From a virus, in the IMG/VR virus record IMGVR_UViG_3300026534_000035, positions 1 to 64,000 of that record: a DNA stretch of 64,000 nucleotides; one strand, given 5' to 3'. The position numbers and the translations under genes were made by a program. Below, piece after piece: positions 8,898 to 17,966 of this stretch (its first letter is position 1; every line of letters begins with the position of its first letter). The notes under the pieces were generated by a model, which was not told the DNA's origin, searched no databases, and saw only the letters and a list, made by a program, of their open reading frames with translations.

Positions 8898-9440
8898 ATG
8901 AAAGTAACACATATTGGGAATAAAGTAACTGGTATTAACCGATCTGCTATTGAAGGAGAATCTGAAATTAGCATTACACCACAAGATTTAACCAAAGGCA
9001 TGGATGTTGATTTATATACTGTAGAGGGCGGGGTTCTTATTCCAAAAAGCGATGAAGTCTTAGCTGCAGTAGAATTAGAACGAGCTAAATTAGCCCAAAA
9101 AGCTATAATTAAAGCTGCTAAAGAAAATGATCCAAGTAATGGTTTAACTGTTAGTTTACCTGGGCTTGGTCAAGATGTTAAAGTAGATTGTTATAAAACA
9201 AATCAAGATGATTTTAAACAGGGTTATGAGTATGCTATTCGTAATTCTTTAACTGAATCTACTTTAAGGGATTATGATAATGTTGAGCATACAATTCCAG
9301 TTTCAGATTTAAATGTTATTGTAAATGCTATTCAGGATTATTATATTGGGATAATTAACAAAAAATGGTCAAAAGATGCGGCTATTGAAGCATGTACCTC
9401 CATTGCTGAGGTAGAAGCAATTACTTGGTCTAATTCATAA
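8898..9440 (+). CDS. Tail fibre assembly protein (DUF4376-like)
   Basis: Follows fibre genes; LRDYDNVEH...KKWSKDAAIEACTSIAEVEAITW. Confidence 0.75.
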   Translation: MKVTHIGNKVTGINRSAIEGESEISITPQDLTKGMDVDLYTVEGGVLIPKSDEVLAAVELERAKLAQKAIIKAAKENDPSNGLTVSLPGLGQDVKVDCYKTNQDDFKQGYEYAIRNSLTESTLRDYDNVEHTIPVSDLNVIVNAIQDYYIGIINKKWSKDAAIEACTSIAEVEAITWSNS

Positions 9441-9445
9441 AAAAC

Positions 9446-9473
9446 TTGACAAATTCAAATGCGGTATTATATT
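9446..9473 (+). promoter_or_regulatory. sigma70-type promoter for tRNA-Ala/clpP
   Basis: TTGACA-16 nt-TATATT, about 10 nt before the tRNA. Confidence 0.7.
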
Positions 9474-9482
9474 TACAATAAT

Positions 9483-9558
9483 GGGGATGTAGCTCACCTG
9501 GGAGAGCACCTGCCTTGCACGCAGGAGGTAGCAGGTTCAAGTCCTGTCGTCTCCACCA
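9483..9558 (+). tRNA. tRNA-Ala(TGC)
   Basis: GGGGATG/CGTCTCC acceptor stem with G3.U70, anticodon loop CTTGCAC, GGTTCAAGTCC T arm, encoded CCA. Confidence 0.97.
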
Positions 9559-9585
9559 AAAATTTTAAGGAAAAGGAGAGATTTA

Positions 9586-10170
9586 ATGTCAGTATTACCT
9601 TATGTTATTGAAGGGTCTGGGAATGATGAACGGTCTTATGATTTATATTCTAGATTATTAAAAGACCGTATTATTTTTATTACGGGAACTATAAATGGAA
9701 GACTAGCAGATAATGTGATGGCGCAGTTGTTGTTTTTATCAGCTCAGGATAATAAAAAAGATATTAATTTGTATATAAATTCTCCAGGTGGAGAAGTTAG
9801 TGGAATGTTTGCTATTTTTGATACTATGAATCATATTAATCCTGATGTAGTTACTATAGGCTATGGAGTTGTAGCAAGTGCTGCTAGTTTTATTTTAGCT
9901 GCTGGAACTCGTGGCAAGCGATTTGCACTACCTAATACTGAAATTATGATACATGAACTTAGCGCCGGCGGACAAGGAAAGTTTAATGAGTTAAGAGCCA
10001 ATTATGAACATTGGATGTATTTGTATGAAAAAATGGCTGTTTATTATACTAAGTTTACAGGACAAACATTAAAAAGAGTTAAGGATGACATGCGGTTGGA
10101 TAACTATATGGATGTTGAACAAGCTAAAAACTATGGTAGATATGGATTAATAGATAAAATACAAGTATAA
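9586..10170 (+). CDS. clpP: ATP-dependent Clp protease proteolytic subunit
   Basis: YDLYSRLLKDRIIF, YINSPGG, ASAAS (Ser nucleophile), KRFALPN.EIMIH. Confidence 0.95.
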   Translation: MSVLPYVIEGSGNDERSYDLYSRLLKDRIIFITGTINGRLADNVMAQLLFLSAQDNKKDINLYINSPGGEVSGMFAIFDTMNHINPDVVTIGYGVVASAASFILAAGTRGKRFALPNTEIMIHELSAGGQGKFNELRANYEHWMYLYEKMAVYYTKFTGQTLKRVKDDMRLDNYMDVEQAKNYGRYGLIDKIQV

Positions 10171-10184
10171 AGGTAAATTAATTT

Positions 10185-11531
10185 ATGTCAACTTTTGGAA
10201 GTTTTAGAAAAATAAATGCTACTAATGTTATATTTGATAGTGTTGGGACTACTTTAACTGCGCATAATTCGGATGGTGCTTTTAGGCAATTAGATACTAA
10301 AATAGAAAATGTTACGGCTTCTGGTTCTGCTGGGGGTTCTTCTCCAGGAGTGCAACCACAAATTGTGGCGGTAAATCCTAATATAGATGAAATAGAGGGT
10401 GAGTGTTACCATACTTGGGCCGCTGCTGATTCATATATACAAACTCAAACGGTAGATGCTAATCATAGATGGGCTATAAAAATAGATGGTTCTAATAGTG
10501 AAAACATTGTTATGAAGAGCTATGTATCTATAGTGGGCACACCTAATAATACAATTTTAACTGGCCAACTATCATCAGATGTTACATTTTCTTTTAATAC
10601 AGACACGACTAGTAGTAGGGTGGAAAATTGTATTGTGACTAATATTCATACTACAAGAAGTATGGAGTTTATTCAATTTCATAACTGTAATTTATCTGGA
10701 GGCTCACCAACACTAGGATATTTGCAAGTTTTTAATGGCGCCGTGTCTGGTGGTAATTATGATGGTTTGGCTTACATGGAGTTGTTCGATGTTATGATTG
10801 TGGGCGGTGTTTTTACTAATCAATTAAACATGGTTGGTGGAGAGTTGTATAATAATTTTACAGTACATGGGGGAAAGTTTAAATCCGTTTATCTTTCTAG
10901 TGCTGGTTCTGGTGTATTATCACTGACAACTCCAACAGTTTTTGAGAGATGTAGAATAGAAACTAACATCAGTACCTCATCACAGCAACTTACATTAGAC
11001 CATTGTACATTTGACTCAAATCCTACTATCACTATAGATAGTGGTGGTTCTCTTTTTACCTATGGTTTATCCTCTAATTTTAATGTGGCAGGTTATTTAG
11101 ATAATTGGCATAATGTAGGGAGTGTTTACAGGTCTCCTGTAACTGGTTTTAGTGCAAGTAATACGCAAGAGGCATTAGATAAAATAGTTAGTAAAGAACG
11201 TTTATTTATAAATATTAGTTCCGCTAATGGCACTCTTAATATAGATTTGAATGCAGGTTCTTACTTTAAAACAACTATGACTGAGCATGCTAATGTTCAG
11301 GTTACAAACCTACCTTCTTCTGATGTAGCTAAAGAGGTTGTTCTAATTGTGCAGCAGTCTAGTGGTGGGACACAGTATTCTTTACAATGGCCAGGATATA
11401 TTTGTGAAGGCAGTAATAGTCCGGATATTACTAATGGGGAACCGGGTGCTAATTATATTTATAGACTTTATGTTTTTGGAAGTACTGTTTATGCTATATT
11501 AGTTGGTGCTAATATGTATGATATTCCGTGA
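10185..11531 (+). CDS. Virion structural protein, possible beta-helix domain
   Basis: ATNVIFD...AHNSDGAFRQL and SASNTQEALD docking-type motifs; C-terminal IDLNAGSYF...LIVQQ..GG..W domain. Confidence 0.6.
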   Translation: MSTFGSFRKINATNVIFDSVGTTLTAHNSDGAFRQLDTKIENVTASGSAGGSSPGVQPQIVAVNPNIDEIEGECYHTWAAADSYIQTQTVDANHRWAIKIDGSNSENIVMKSYVSIVGTPNNTILTGQLSSDVTFSFNTDTTSSRVENCIVTNIHTTRSMEFIQFHNCNLSGGSPTLGYLQVFNGAVSGGNYDGLAYMELFDVMIVGGVFTNQLNMVGGELYNNFTVHGGKFKSVYLSSAGSGVLSLTTPTVFERCRIETNISTSSQQLTLDHCTFDSNPTITIDSGGSLFTYGLSSNFNVAGYLDNWHNVGSVYRSPVTGFSASNTQEALDKIVSKERLFINISSANGTLNIDLNAGSYFKTTMTEHANVQVTNLPSSDVAKEVVLIVQQSSGGTQYSLQWPGYICEGSNSPDITNGEPGANYIYRLYVFGSTVYAILVGANMYDIP

Positions 11532-11552
11532 TGTTTTTAGGAGAGTAGTATT

Positions 11553-12254
11553 ATGAGATATGATAAAAAAGATGTAACAATTAAGAGAGATGGTAGAGTT
11601 TTAAAGCCTACTGGTCCAAGGGCTATGCAAATGAAATCAGCAATAAAGGCTCAAGAATCGGAAACAATAACATTATTAAAAGAACAGATAAAGGACCTTA
11701 TGAAAATTGTTGCTGAGAATAAAACAGCTAATATAGTTCCTCAAGGATACAGTGCAGAAGAAGTTGATAAAGAAATTAATAAAGCAGTCGAAGTAGCTGT
11801 TGTTGAAACTGAAAAGAAGACTCAAGAGATTATTTCTGATTTAAAAGAAGAGTTAGCTTATGTTAAAGAAGAGTTTAGAAAATATAGAAGCAAGTATAAT
11901 GAAGAGGCTTTTCAGGAATTACAGAATAAAGTAACCTCTTTAAAGGTAAGGCTTGAGTCAAAAGAAGAAATAATCGAGTCTTTTAAAGTAGCTACTGGAT
12001 CATCCAATATCAATGAGATTATAGAATCTATAAAAAACAAGGTTGATGTTCTTGTGAATTCTAAGTTTGAGGGAAACGAGTTTGTAGAAGATCCAGATAG
12101 ACCAGTAATAGAAACTAAGTTTATAGATCCACTAGATAATCAAGAGGCTTCTGATTTTGAACAGCACGTTAGTGTTGAGGAGGAGGAAGTAGCTGTTCAA
12201 GGGGATACTATAACTTCTAAAGTTAATAAGTTAAAAGACATACTTGGTAAATAA
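11553..12254 (+). CDS. Coiled-coil protein upstream of actin-like gene
   Basis: E/K-rich heptads, acidic tail, amphipathic C-terminus KVNKLKDILGK. Confidence 0.65.
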   Translation: MRYDKKDVTIKRDGRVLKPTGPRAMQMKSAIKAQESETITLLKEQIKDLMKIVAENKTANIVPQGYSAEEVDKEINKAVEVAVVETEKKTQEIISDLKEELAYVKEEFRKYRSKYNEEAFQELQNKVTSLKVRLESKEEIIESFKVATGSSNINEIIESIKNKVDVLVNSKFEGNEFVEDPDRPVIETKFIDPLDNQEASDFEQHVSVEEEEVAVQGDTITSKVNKLKDILGK

Positions 12255-12265
12255 TTGGAGGACTT

Positions 12266-13258
12266 ATGGGAAATAAAGGTTTAGATATTGGAACTAACAT
12301 GTTGGTTTCCGCCGGTGTAGGAGAAAATGAGGCTATAGTATTTAAAATGCAAAGAGATGCTTTTTATAGAATTACTCCTAAATCAGAAGTAAATAAAAAT
12401 AGTATTAGAATGGGCTTAGAAAAAAGAGGCGCCAATTTTATTGTAGATGGTAATGATTTTATAGTTGTTGGGGAAGATGCGTTAGATATAGCTATTGAAA
12501 GAAATGATACAGCTCAAAGACCACTTCAAAAAGGAATTTTGTCCCCTAAGGATAAGAGCTCTTTGCCTATGTTAAAGCTTATAATAGAGGGTTTAGTTGG
12601 CACTGGTTCTGGAGAAGATAAAATAGTTTACTCAGTTCCAGCAAAGCCCATAGACACTACCTTTGATATTGTTTATCATACCGAAATGATGGGAACCTAT
12701 TTAAGAAAAATGGGATACGTAGCACAACCTATTAATGAGGGATTTGCTATTGCGTTATCTGAACTTCTTGATGATGGTTTGACTGGTATTTGTTTGTCTT
12801 ATGGAGCTGGTATGACAAATGTGGTTGTGATTCACCAAGGAGACCCTTTGGTAGAGTTTAGTATGACTAAATCAGGTGATTTCATTGATGAATCTGTTGG
12901 AAATGCTTTAGATATACCCGCCAGTTTTATTCAAAAAGAAAAAGAAGCAGGTATAGATTTGAACAAGCCTACTAATCAAATCATGGAAGCCATTTCAGTT
13001 TATTATTCTACGGTGGTTAATTATACTTTTGATAATATCGCTTATGAATTGAAAAATAGAAAAAAACAATTGCCTATTTTTAGAGAACCAGTTCCGATAG
13101 TGGTTTCCGGTGGGTTGACTTTGGCTAAAGGTTTTGAAGATAAAGTTAAGCAGGCAGTATCAAGACTAGAATTTCCATTTATAGTTGGAGACATCAGGAG
13201 AGCGGAGTCTCCTATGAAAGCAGTGGCTAATGGCTGTTTGTTGGCATCGCAATTATAA
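12266..13258 (+). CDS. Actin-fold ATPase (volactin/MamK/MreB-like)
   Basis: GLDIGT (phosphate 1), YSVPA.PID, INEG.A (connect 1), SYGAGMTN (phosphate 2), VVSGG (adenosine), AVANG (connect 2). Confidence 0.88.
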   Translation: MGNKGLDIGTNMLVSAGVGENEAIVFKMQRDAFYRITPKSEVNKNSIRMGLEKRGANFIVDGNDFIVVGEDALDIAIERNDTAQRPLQKGILSPKDKSSLPMLKLIIEGLVGTGSGEDKIVYSVPAKPIDTTFDIVYHTEMMGTYLRKMGYVAQPINEGFAIALSELLDDGLTGICLSYGAGMTNVVVIHQGDPLVEFSMTKSGDFIDESVGNALDIPASFIQKEKEAGIDLNKPTNQIMEAISVYYSTVVNYTFDNIAYELKNRKKQLPIFREPVPIVVSGGLTLAKGFEDKVKQAVSRLEFPFIVGDIRRAESPMKAVANGCLLASQL

Positions 13259-13281
13259 TAATATATTAAAGAGGTTCTTAT

Positions 13282-14643
13282 ATGAGTTCATTTTCACAGT
13301 TCACTGAGATACAGCTATTCAACAATGTTGATAAAGATAATCTATCTAAAATTCATGGCTACACTCAGTATGGGGTATCTCAGTTTGTTAATGATACTAC
13401 TACATCTGGAACATCTTCTGTGGAAGAGCTGCCTTATGACGCTTTTACCATAGCTGCTCCTCCAGATGTGTATCCTTTGTCAGTAGAAGGCAGTACTGGT
13501 GATAATTTATCAGACCGGTTTGCTAGACATGTTTGGACTAATTGGGAGACAGTATATAATAGATGCAAAGTTAAGTTGTTGTGCTTGAACGGTGATGAGT
13601 TTTCGGCTGGGCCATTTAGTTCAAAAAATGAATTATATGATTGGTTGAATTCGGTTATTTCACATAATGGTAATGAAGTTGCTACTACTGCTATATTACG
13701 AGTATATGACGAAGTGGCTGGTGATATTCCTAGGATACAAAAGATGTACGGAGTTAATACTCTTTATGCTAATTTAGTAGGTGCTAGGAATACCAAAGCA
13801 TCTAGTGTTAAAACTGCTATGTCAGGAAATCAAATGTGGTTGGATATATTTGAGGCACTAACTTCCTATTACGCTGGTACTGGAGATTTACCGACTACTG
13901 TATCTAAATCAGATTTAGAGTCTGATAATGTAAGTTACTCTGGAGAAGGTATTGGTTCGAATAAACTTTTTTGGGTTGGAGCCAATAAAAGAAATCTTTA
14001 TGGTATCCCAAAAACTGGAAGCTATATATCTTTATCAGACACTGTTCCAGGTGATTATAGAAAGTTTTGGGATATTAGTAATGCTTCTTCTGTTAATCAG
14101 ACTGTTTCAGATCAGGGTATTTATCAATTACTTTCGCCGTGTTATGTTACATATGATGAATCTTCTAAGGCTTGGGAGATACTTTCACCATATCCAATAG
14201 GTAGATTCAGTTTTATGGCAGATGCTTTTTCAGATATCGCTGTAGTTATTGTATTCTTATTAAAGCATTTTAATGATTCGAATAAGTTTGCTTTTTATGT
14301 AAAGCCGGTAGGAGTTAATAGATTGTATGTAGATTATTTTAATATAAGTAAATATCAGCTGGAAGCTGTCGGTTTCAATAGAGATCGGCAGTTTAGAGTA
14401 AAGCCTGTAACCGTTACTAATTCTATGCAAGATTTGTATGGAGATAGAACAGGATTAACAAAACCCCAATGGATGATTTATGATTCTGATACTAAAGCAA
14501 CTAATGCTGGGTCTGTTGTTCCAAAATCTGTTAAATTCAGGTTGAGAAGAGTTTCTGACGGTAAGATAGGTAATCTAAGTATAGGAACCATGAAAATGAT
14601 TCCTAGAACCAGCGGAGCTTTTATGAAATGGTTAGTCGTTTAA
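13282..14643 (+). CDS. hypothetical protein (453 aa), possibly virion-associated
   Basis: GAGG RBS; long ORF; no recognised family. Confidence 0.6.
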   Translation: MSSFSQFTEIQLFNNVDKDNLSKIHGYTQYGVSQFVNDTTTSGTSSVEELPYDAFTIAAPPDVYPLSVEGSTGDNLSDRFARHVWTNWETVYNRCKVKLLCLNGDEFSAGPFSSKNELYDWLNSVISHNGNEVATTAILRVYDEVAGDIPRIQKMYGVNTLYANLVGARNTKASSVKTAMSGNQMWLDIFEALTSYYAGTGDLPTTVSKSDLESDNVSYSGEGIGSNKLFWVGANKRNLYGIPKTGSYISLSDTVPGDYRKFWDISNASSVNQTVSDQGIYQLLSPCYVTYDESSKAWEILSPYPIGRFSFMADAFSDIAVVIVFLLKHFNDSNKFAFYVKPVGVNRLYVDYFNISKYQLEAVGFNRDRQFRVKPVTVTNSMQDLYGDRTGLTKPQWMIYDSDTKATNAGSVVPKSVKFRLRRVSDGKIGNLSIGTMKMIPRTSGAFMKWLVV

Positions 14644-14658
14644 GCTCAAACGTGGAGA

Positions 14659-14744
14659 GGTCGGCTTGTTGGTAGTCCGGCCACTACGGGGTCGGCTTGT
14701 TGGTAGTCTGGCCCATACTTGGTCGGCTTGTTGGTAGTCCGGCC
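14659..14744 (+). repeat. Three 24-nt direct repeats (ggtcggcttgttggtagtcYggcc) with 7-nt unique spacers, 31-nt period
   Basis: Copies at 14659, 14690, 14721; spacers actacgg, catactt. Confidence 0.95.
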
Positions 14745-14747
14745 TTA

Positions 14748-14764
14748 ACCCCCCTTGTGGGGGT
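14748..14764 (+). other. GC-rich hairpin just before the amidase RBS
   Basis: accccc-cttgt-gggggt, followed by aaaaggag. Confidence 0.6.
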
Positions 14765-14782
14765 AAAAGGAGATGATTAATT

Positions 14783-15307
14783 ATGAGAATAGCTTTAATA
14801 ATAGGACATAAGAAAACCCGTCCAGGGGCCTGTAATGATTATTATGGGATTTGTGAATTTGAGTTTAATGAACAACTAGCTCAAGATGTTTCAGCTGCGT
14901 GTAATTTTGAGAATTTTATTGTGTACAGGAGGACATACAGTCAACTTCCTGGAGATGTAAATGGTTTGAACCCAGATGTCGTAGTGTCATTACATTGTAA
15001 TGCATTTAACCAGAAGGCTACAGGCACAGAGGTTCTTTACTACCATACATCAACGAAAGGAAAACAAATTGCTAGTGTTTTTCAAAAAAACATTGTAAAC
15101 ACACTTAATTTAGCTGATAGAGGTATTAAACCTAAGGGTGTTGAAGATAGAGGAGGTTATATTTTAAGATACACACACGCTCCTTGTGTTATTTTAGAGC
15201 CTTTTTTTATAGATAATAATAATGATTTGGAAATAGTCAGAAACAATTACGATGCCTTTGTAGGGGCGCTTATTAAAAGTTTTAAGGAGATTGAGAGTAT
15301 ACTCTAA
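14783..15307 (+). CDS. N-acetylmuramoyl-L-alanine amidase (Amidase_3), probable endolysin
   Basis: IIGH, E.EFN, SLHCNA, GTEVLY, VILEPFFIDN zinc-amidase motifs. Confidence 0.92.
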   Translation: MRIALIIGHKKTRPGACNDYYGICEFEFNEQLAQDVSAACNFENFIVYRRTYSQLPGDVNGLNPDVVVSLHCNAFNQKATGTEVLYYHTSTKGKQIASVFQKNIVNTLNLADRGIKPKGVEDRGGYILRYTHAPCVILEPFFIDNNNDLEIVRNNYDAFVGALIKSFKEIESIL

Positions 15308-16906
15308 ATGTCTAAGAAGATGTCAATAGATTTTATTAGGTCTTCTTTTGAGGAGGAGGGGTATGAGTTATTATCTAAAGAGTATTTTAATTCCTCTAAA
15401 CCATTAAATTATCGTTGTAATAACGGCCATGAGTATCAAGTATCTTGGAATAAATGGAGGTCTGGAAGAAGGTGCCCTTTTTGTAATCCGAAAGGGCGCG
15501 TGAGAAAAAGAACCATGGATTCTATAAAATCTGAGATGGCTGACGAAGATTATGAGTTGTTGACAGAAGGAGAATATAAAGGAAGTAAACAAAAATTATT
15601 ATGTCGTTGCCCAAAAGGGCACGAATATATAACATCCTGGGATGCATGGAAATATAAAGGGCATAGATGTAGTGTATGTAGTGGTAATATAAGATTATCC
15701 GTGGGTTTTATTAGTAAGAAAATGTTGGAAGAGGGTTATAAACTATTAACATCAACTTATTCCAATGCTTATAGTAAACTCACTTACCTTTGTCCTGAAG
15801 GGCATAAGGGAACTACTACTTGGGCAAATTGGTATAAAGGCAATAGATGTCCCGTTTGTTCTGGTAAGAAGAAACATGATATACATCATATAAAAAATGT
15901 TTTTGAGTCTGAAAATTATAAGCTATTAAGTAAAGATTATTATAATTGTAAACAAAAGCTTGAATTTGAATGTAGTAATGGGCATCGCCATGAAATAACT
16001 TGGAATAATTGGACACAAGGGCAACGGTGCTACAGGTGTAGTTGTTGCGGTGTGTCAAAAGATGAATTAGAGATATTAGATTATATAAAAAACCTTGGAT
16101 TTAAAGTTATTGAACGAGATAGAGAATTAATAAAACCATACGAATTAGATGTCGTGATTCCGGGTAATAAATTAGCCATAGAATATTGTGGACTATATTG
16201 GCATTCGGAATTATGTGGAAAGAATAGTAATTATCATATCAATAAATTAACACAGTGTAGACAAAGAGGGTATAGACTTATTACTATTTTTGAAGATGAA
16301 TATTTGAATTATAAGGATTTGGTGCTTTTTAATATAGCATTGAAATTAGGCGTGGCTAAGGCTAAGGTGTTTTATGCCAGAAATACAGAAGTTAGGGAGA
16401 TACCAACTTATGTGGCAAAAAATTTTTGTAACAAAAATCATTTGCAAGGATATAGTGGGTCAAGGATAAAACTAGGCTTGTTTCAGGATGATTGTTTATT
16501 ATCAGTTATGACTTTTTCTAAACCTTCTATATCTAAGGGGGCTAAGTATTATAATGAAGGTTCATATGAGTTAAGCAGATTTTGTACTAAGAGTGGGTGT
16601 AGAGTAATTGGTGCGGCTTCAAAATTATTGAAGTTTTTTATCAGAAACTATAGTTGTGAAAATCTGTTTTCATATGCAGATAGAAGGTGGTCTGATGGAA
16701 ATTTGTATTATAGTATAGGATTTAGTTTATCAGGAATAAGTAGGCCTAATTATTGGTATATTAAAAATGGCAAAAGGTTTCACAGGTTTTCTTTTAGAAA
16801 AAAGGATTATGAACCTAAAGAAGTCAGTGAATGGGAATTAAGACGTAGACAAGGATTAAATAGAATCTGGGATTGCGGCAATCTAAAATTTGAATTAAAT
16901 AAATAG
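15308..16906 (+). CDS. Hef-like free-standing homing endonuclease with four zinc-ribbon repeats and C-terminal GNAT/Mom-like domain
   Basis: 4x Y.LL...Y.....L...C..GH....W..W...RC..C; ELDVVIP..LAIEYCGLYWHS; IFEDE; NHLQG, YELSRFC, GAASKLL, SYADRRWS.GNLY. Confidence 0.8.
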   Translation: MSKKMSIDFIRSSFEEEGYELLSKEYFNSSKPLNYRCNNGHEYQVSWNKWRSGRRCPFCNPKGRVRKRTMDSIKSEMADEDYELLTEGEYKGSKQKLLCRCPKGHEYITSWDAWKYKGHRCSVCSGNIRLSVGFISKKMLEEGYKLLTSTYSNAYSKLTYLCPEGHKGTTTWANWYKGNRCPVCSGKKKHDIHHIKNVFESENYKLLSKDYYNCKQKLEFECSNGHRHEITWNNWTQGQRCYRCSCCGVSKDELEILDYIKNLGFKVIERDRELIKPYELDVVIPGNKLAIEYCGLYWHSELCGKNSNYHINKLTQCRQRGYRLITIFEDEYLNYKDLVLFNIALKLGVAKAKVFYARNTEVREIPTYVAKNFCNKNHLQGYSGSRIKLGLFQDDCLLSVMTFSKPSISKGAKYYNEGSYELSRFCTKSGCRVIGAASKLLKFFIRNYSCENLFSYADRRWSDGNLYYSIGFSLSGISRPNYWYIKNGKRFHRFSFRKKDYEPKEVSEWELRRRQGLNRIWDCGNLKFELNK

Positions 16907-16923
16907 GAGGATTTAATTTTAAA

Positions 16924-17148
16924 ATGAGTGAAAGATATGTTGGAACCGTGAAATGGTTCAGTAATGAAAGAGGATACGGTTTCGTTATTCCTGATTCTGA
17001 TCCTGATGTAGAGTATTTTGTGCATTTTAGTAGCATTCAGATGGATGGTTATAAGACTTTAAAGGCAGGTCAAGTTGTATCTTTTGAGTTGAAAGATACT
17101 GATAAGGGCATCCAGGCTGTAAATATTAAATTAGAAGAAAAAGAGTAA
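16924..17148 (+). CDS. Cold-shock protein (CspA family)
   Basis: GTVKWFSNERGYGFV (RNP1), YFVHFSSI (RNP2), GYKTLKAGQ.VSF. Confidence 0.95.
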   Translation: MSERYVGTVKWFSNERGYGFVIPDSDPDVEYFVHFSSIQMDGYKTLKAGQVVSFELKDTDKGIQAVNIKLEEKE

Positions 17149-17243
17149 ATATATTTAAATAATGCCATGTGTTTTATATTTTTAAAATCGGCTATATAAA
17201 TTACAAAGACCCTGGCCGGTGGTCTTATCAAAAGGAGGAAAAA

Positions 17244-17924
17244 ATGGTCTATGTTAATAAATTTGTAGTAGCTGTTAAATCTAATGGACGAATTGTTAGA
17301 GATTCTAACGGTATAGTGAGGTTGCCGTTTGGTTCGGATTATTCTTTGTTATTAAAAAATAAAAATTCAGTAAAAGCATTGGTTAATGTTGAAATAGACG
17401 GCGAAAATGTTTTAGACGGTAATTCAATTCTTGTAAGCCCTAACCAATCGACAATTCTTAAAGGTTTTATGGATGGGAGAAGAGTTAGAAACAGATTTAG
17501 GTTTATTCGTAAGACGAGACAGATTTCAAAATATAGGGGAGATAAAATTGATGATGGACTTATACGGGTAGAGTTTAGGTTTGAAAAAATAAAACCAGCT
17601 ATTATAGTTACCCCATATGTTCCCTATATTAAATATTATGGTAATTATTCTACAAATACTACTGCTAATATTTGTTGTAGTTCTTCCGATTCTGGGATAA
17701 CTACTCGTGGAGCTGAAATTAATCAAGTATTTAATTATGGGCACATTGGTGAACTTGAACCAGATTCAAGTGTTATAGTGTTGAAATTAGTTGGTAAAAC
17801 TAAGTCTGGTAAAATTCATAAAGTTGTTGCTTCTAAGAGTAAAATAACATGTTCTATATGTGGTAAGAAATCTAAGCATTATGCTAAATTTTGTAGTAGG
17901 TGTGGAACATATATAAAATCTTAA
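17244..17924 (+). CDS. Phage protein with C-terminal double zinc ribbon
   Basis: AAGGAGG RBS before ATG 17244; LPFGSDYSLLLKN..IDG, DGLIRVEF, CxxC..CxxC. Confidence 0.7.
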   Translation: MVYVNKFVVAVKSNGRIVRDSNGIVRLPFGSDYSLLLKNKNSVKALVNVEIDGENVLDGNSILVSPNQSTILKGFMDGRRVRNRFRFIRKTRQISKYRGDKIDDGLIRVEFRFEKIKPAIIVTPYVPYIKYYGNYSTNTTANICCSSSDSGITTRGAEINQVFNYGHIGELEPDSSVIVLKLVGKTKSGKIHKVVASKSKITCSICGKKSKHYAKFCSRCGTYIKS

Positions 17925-17925
17925 T

Positions 17926-17954
17926 TTGACAAATAAAACATATGGCATTATTAA
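17926..17954 (+). promoter_or_regulatory. sigma70-type promoter candidate
   Basis: TTGACA-17-TATTAA, similar context to the 9446 promoter. Confidence 0.5.
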
Positions 17955-17966
17955 TAGGAGTTATTT

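Noticed and set aside
14659-14744. CRISPR array
   Set aside because: Spacers are only 7 nt and no cas gene is recognisable in the window
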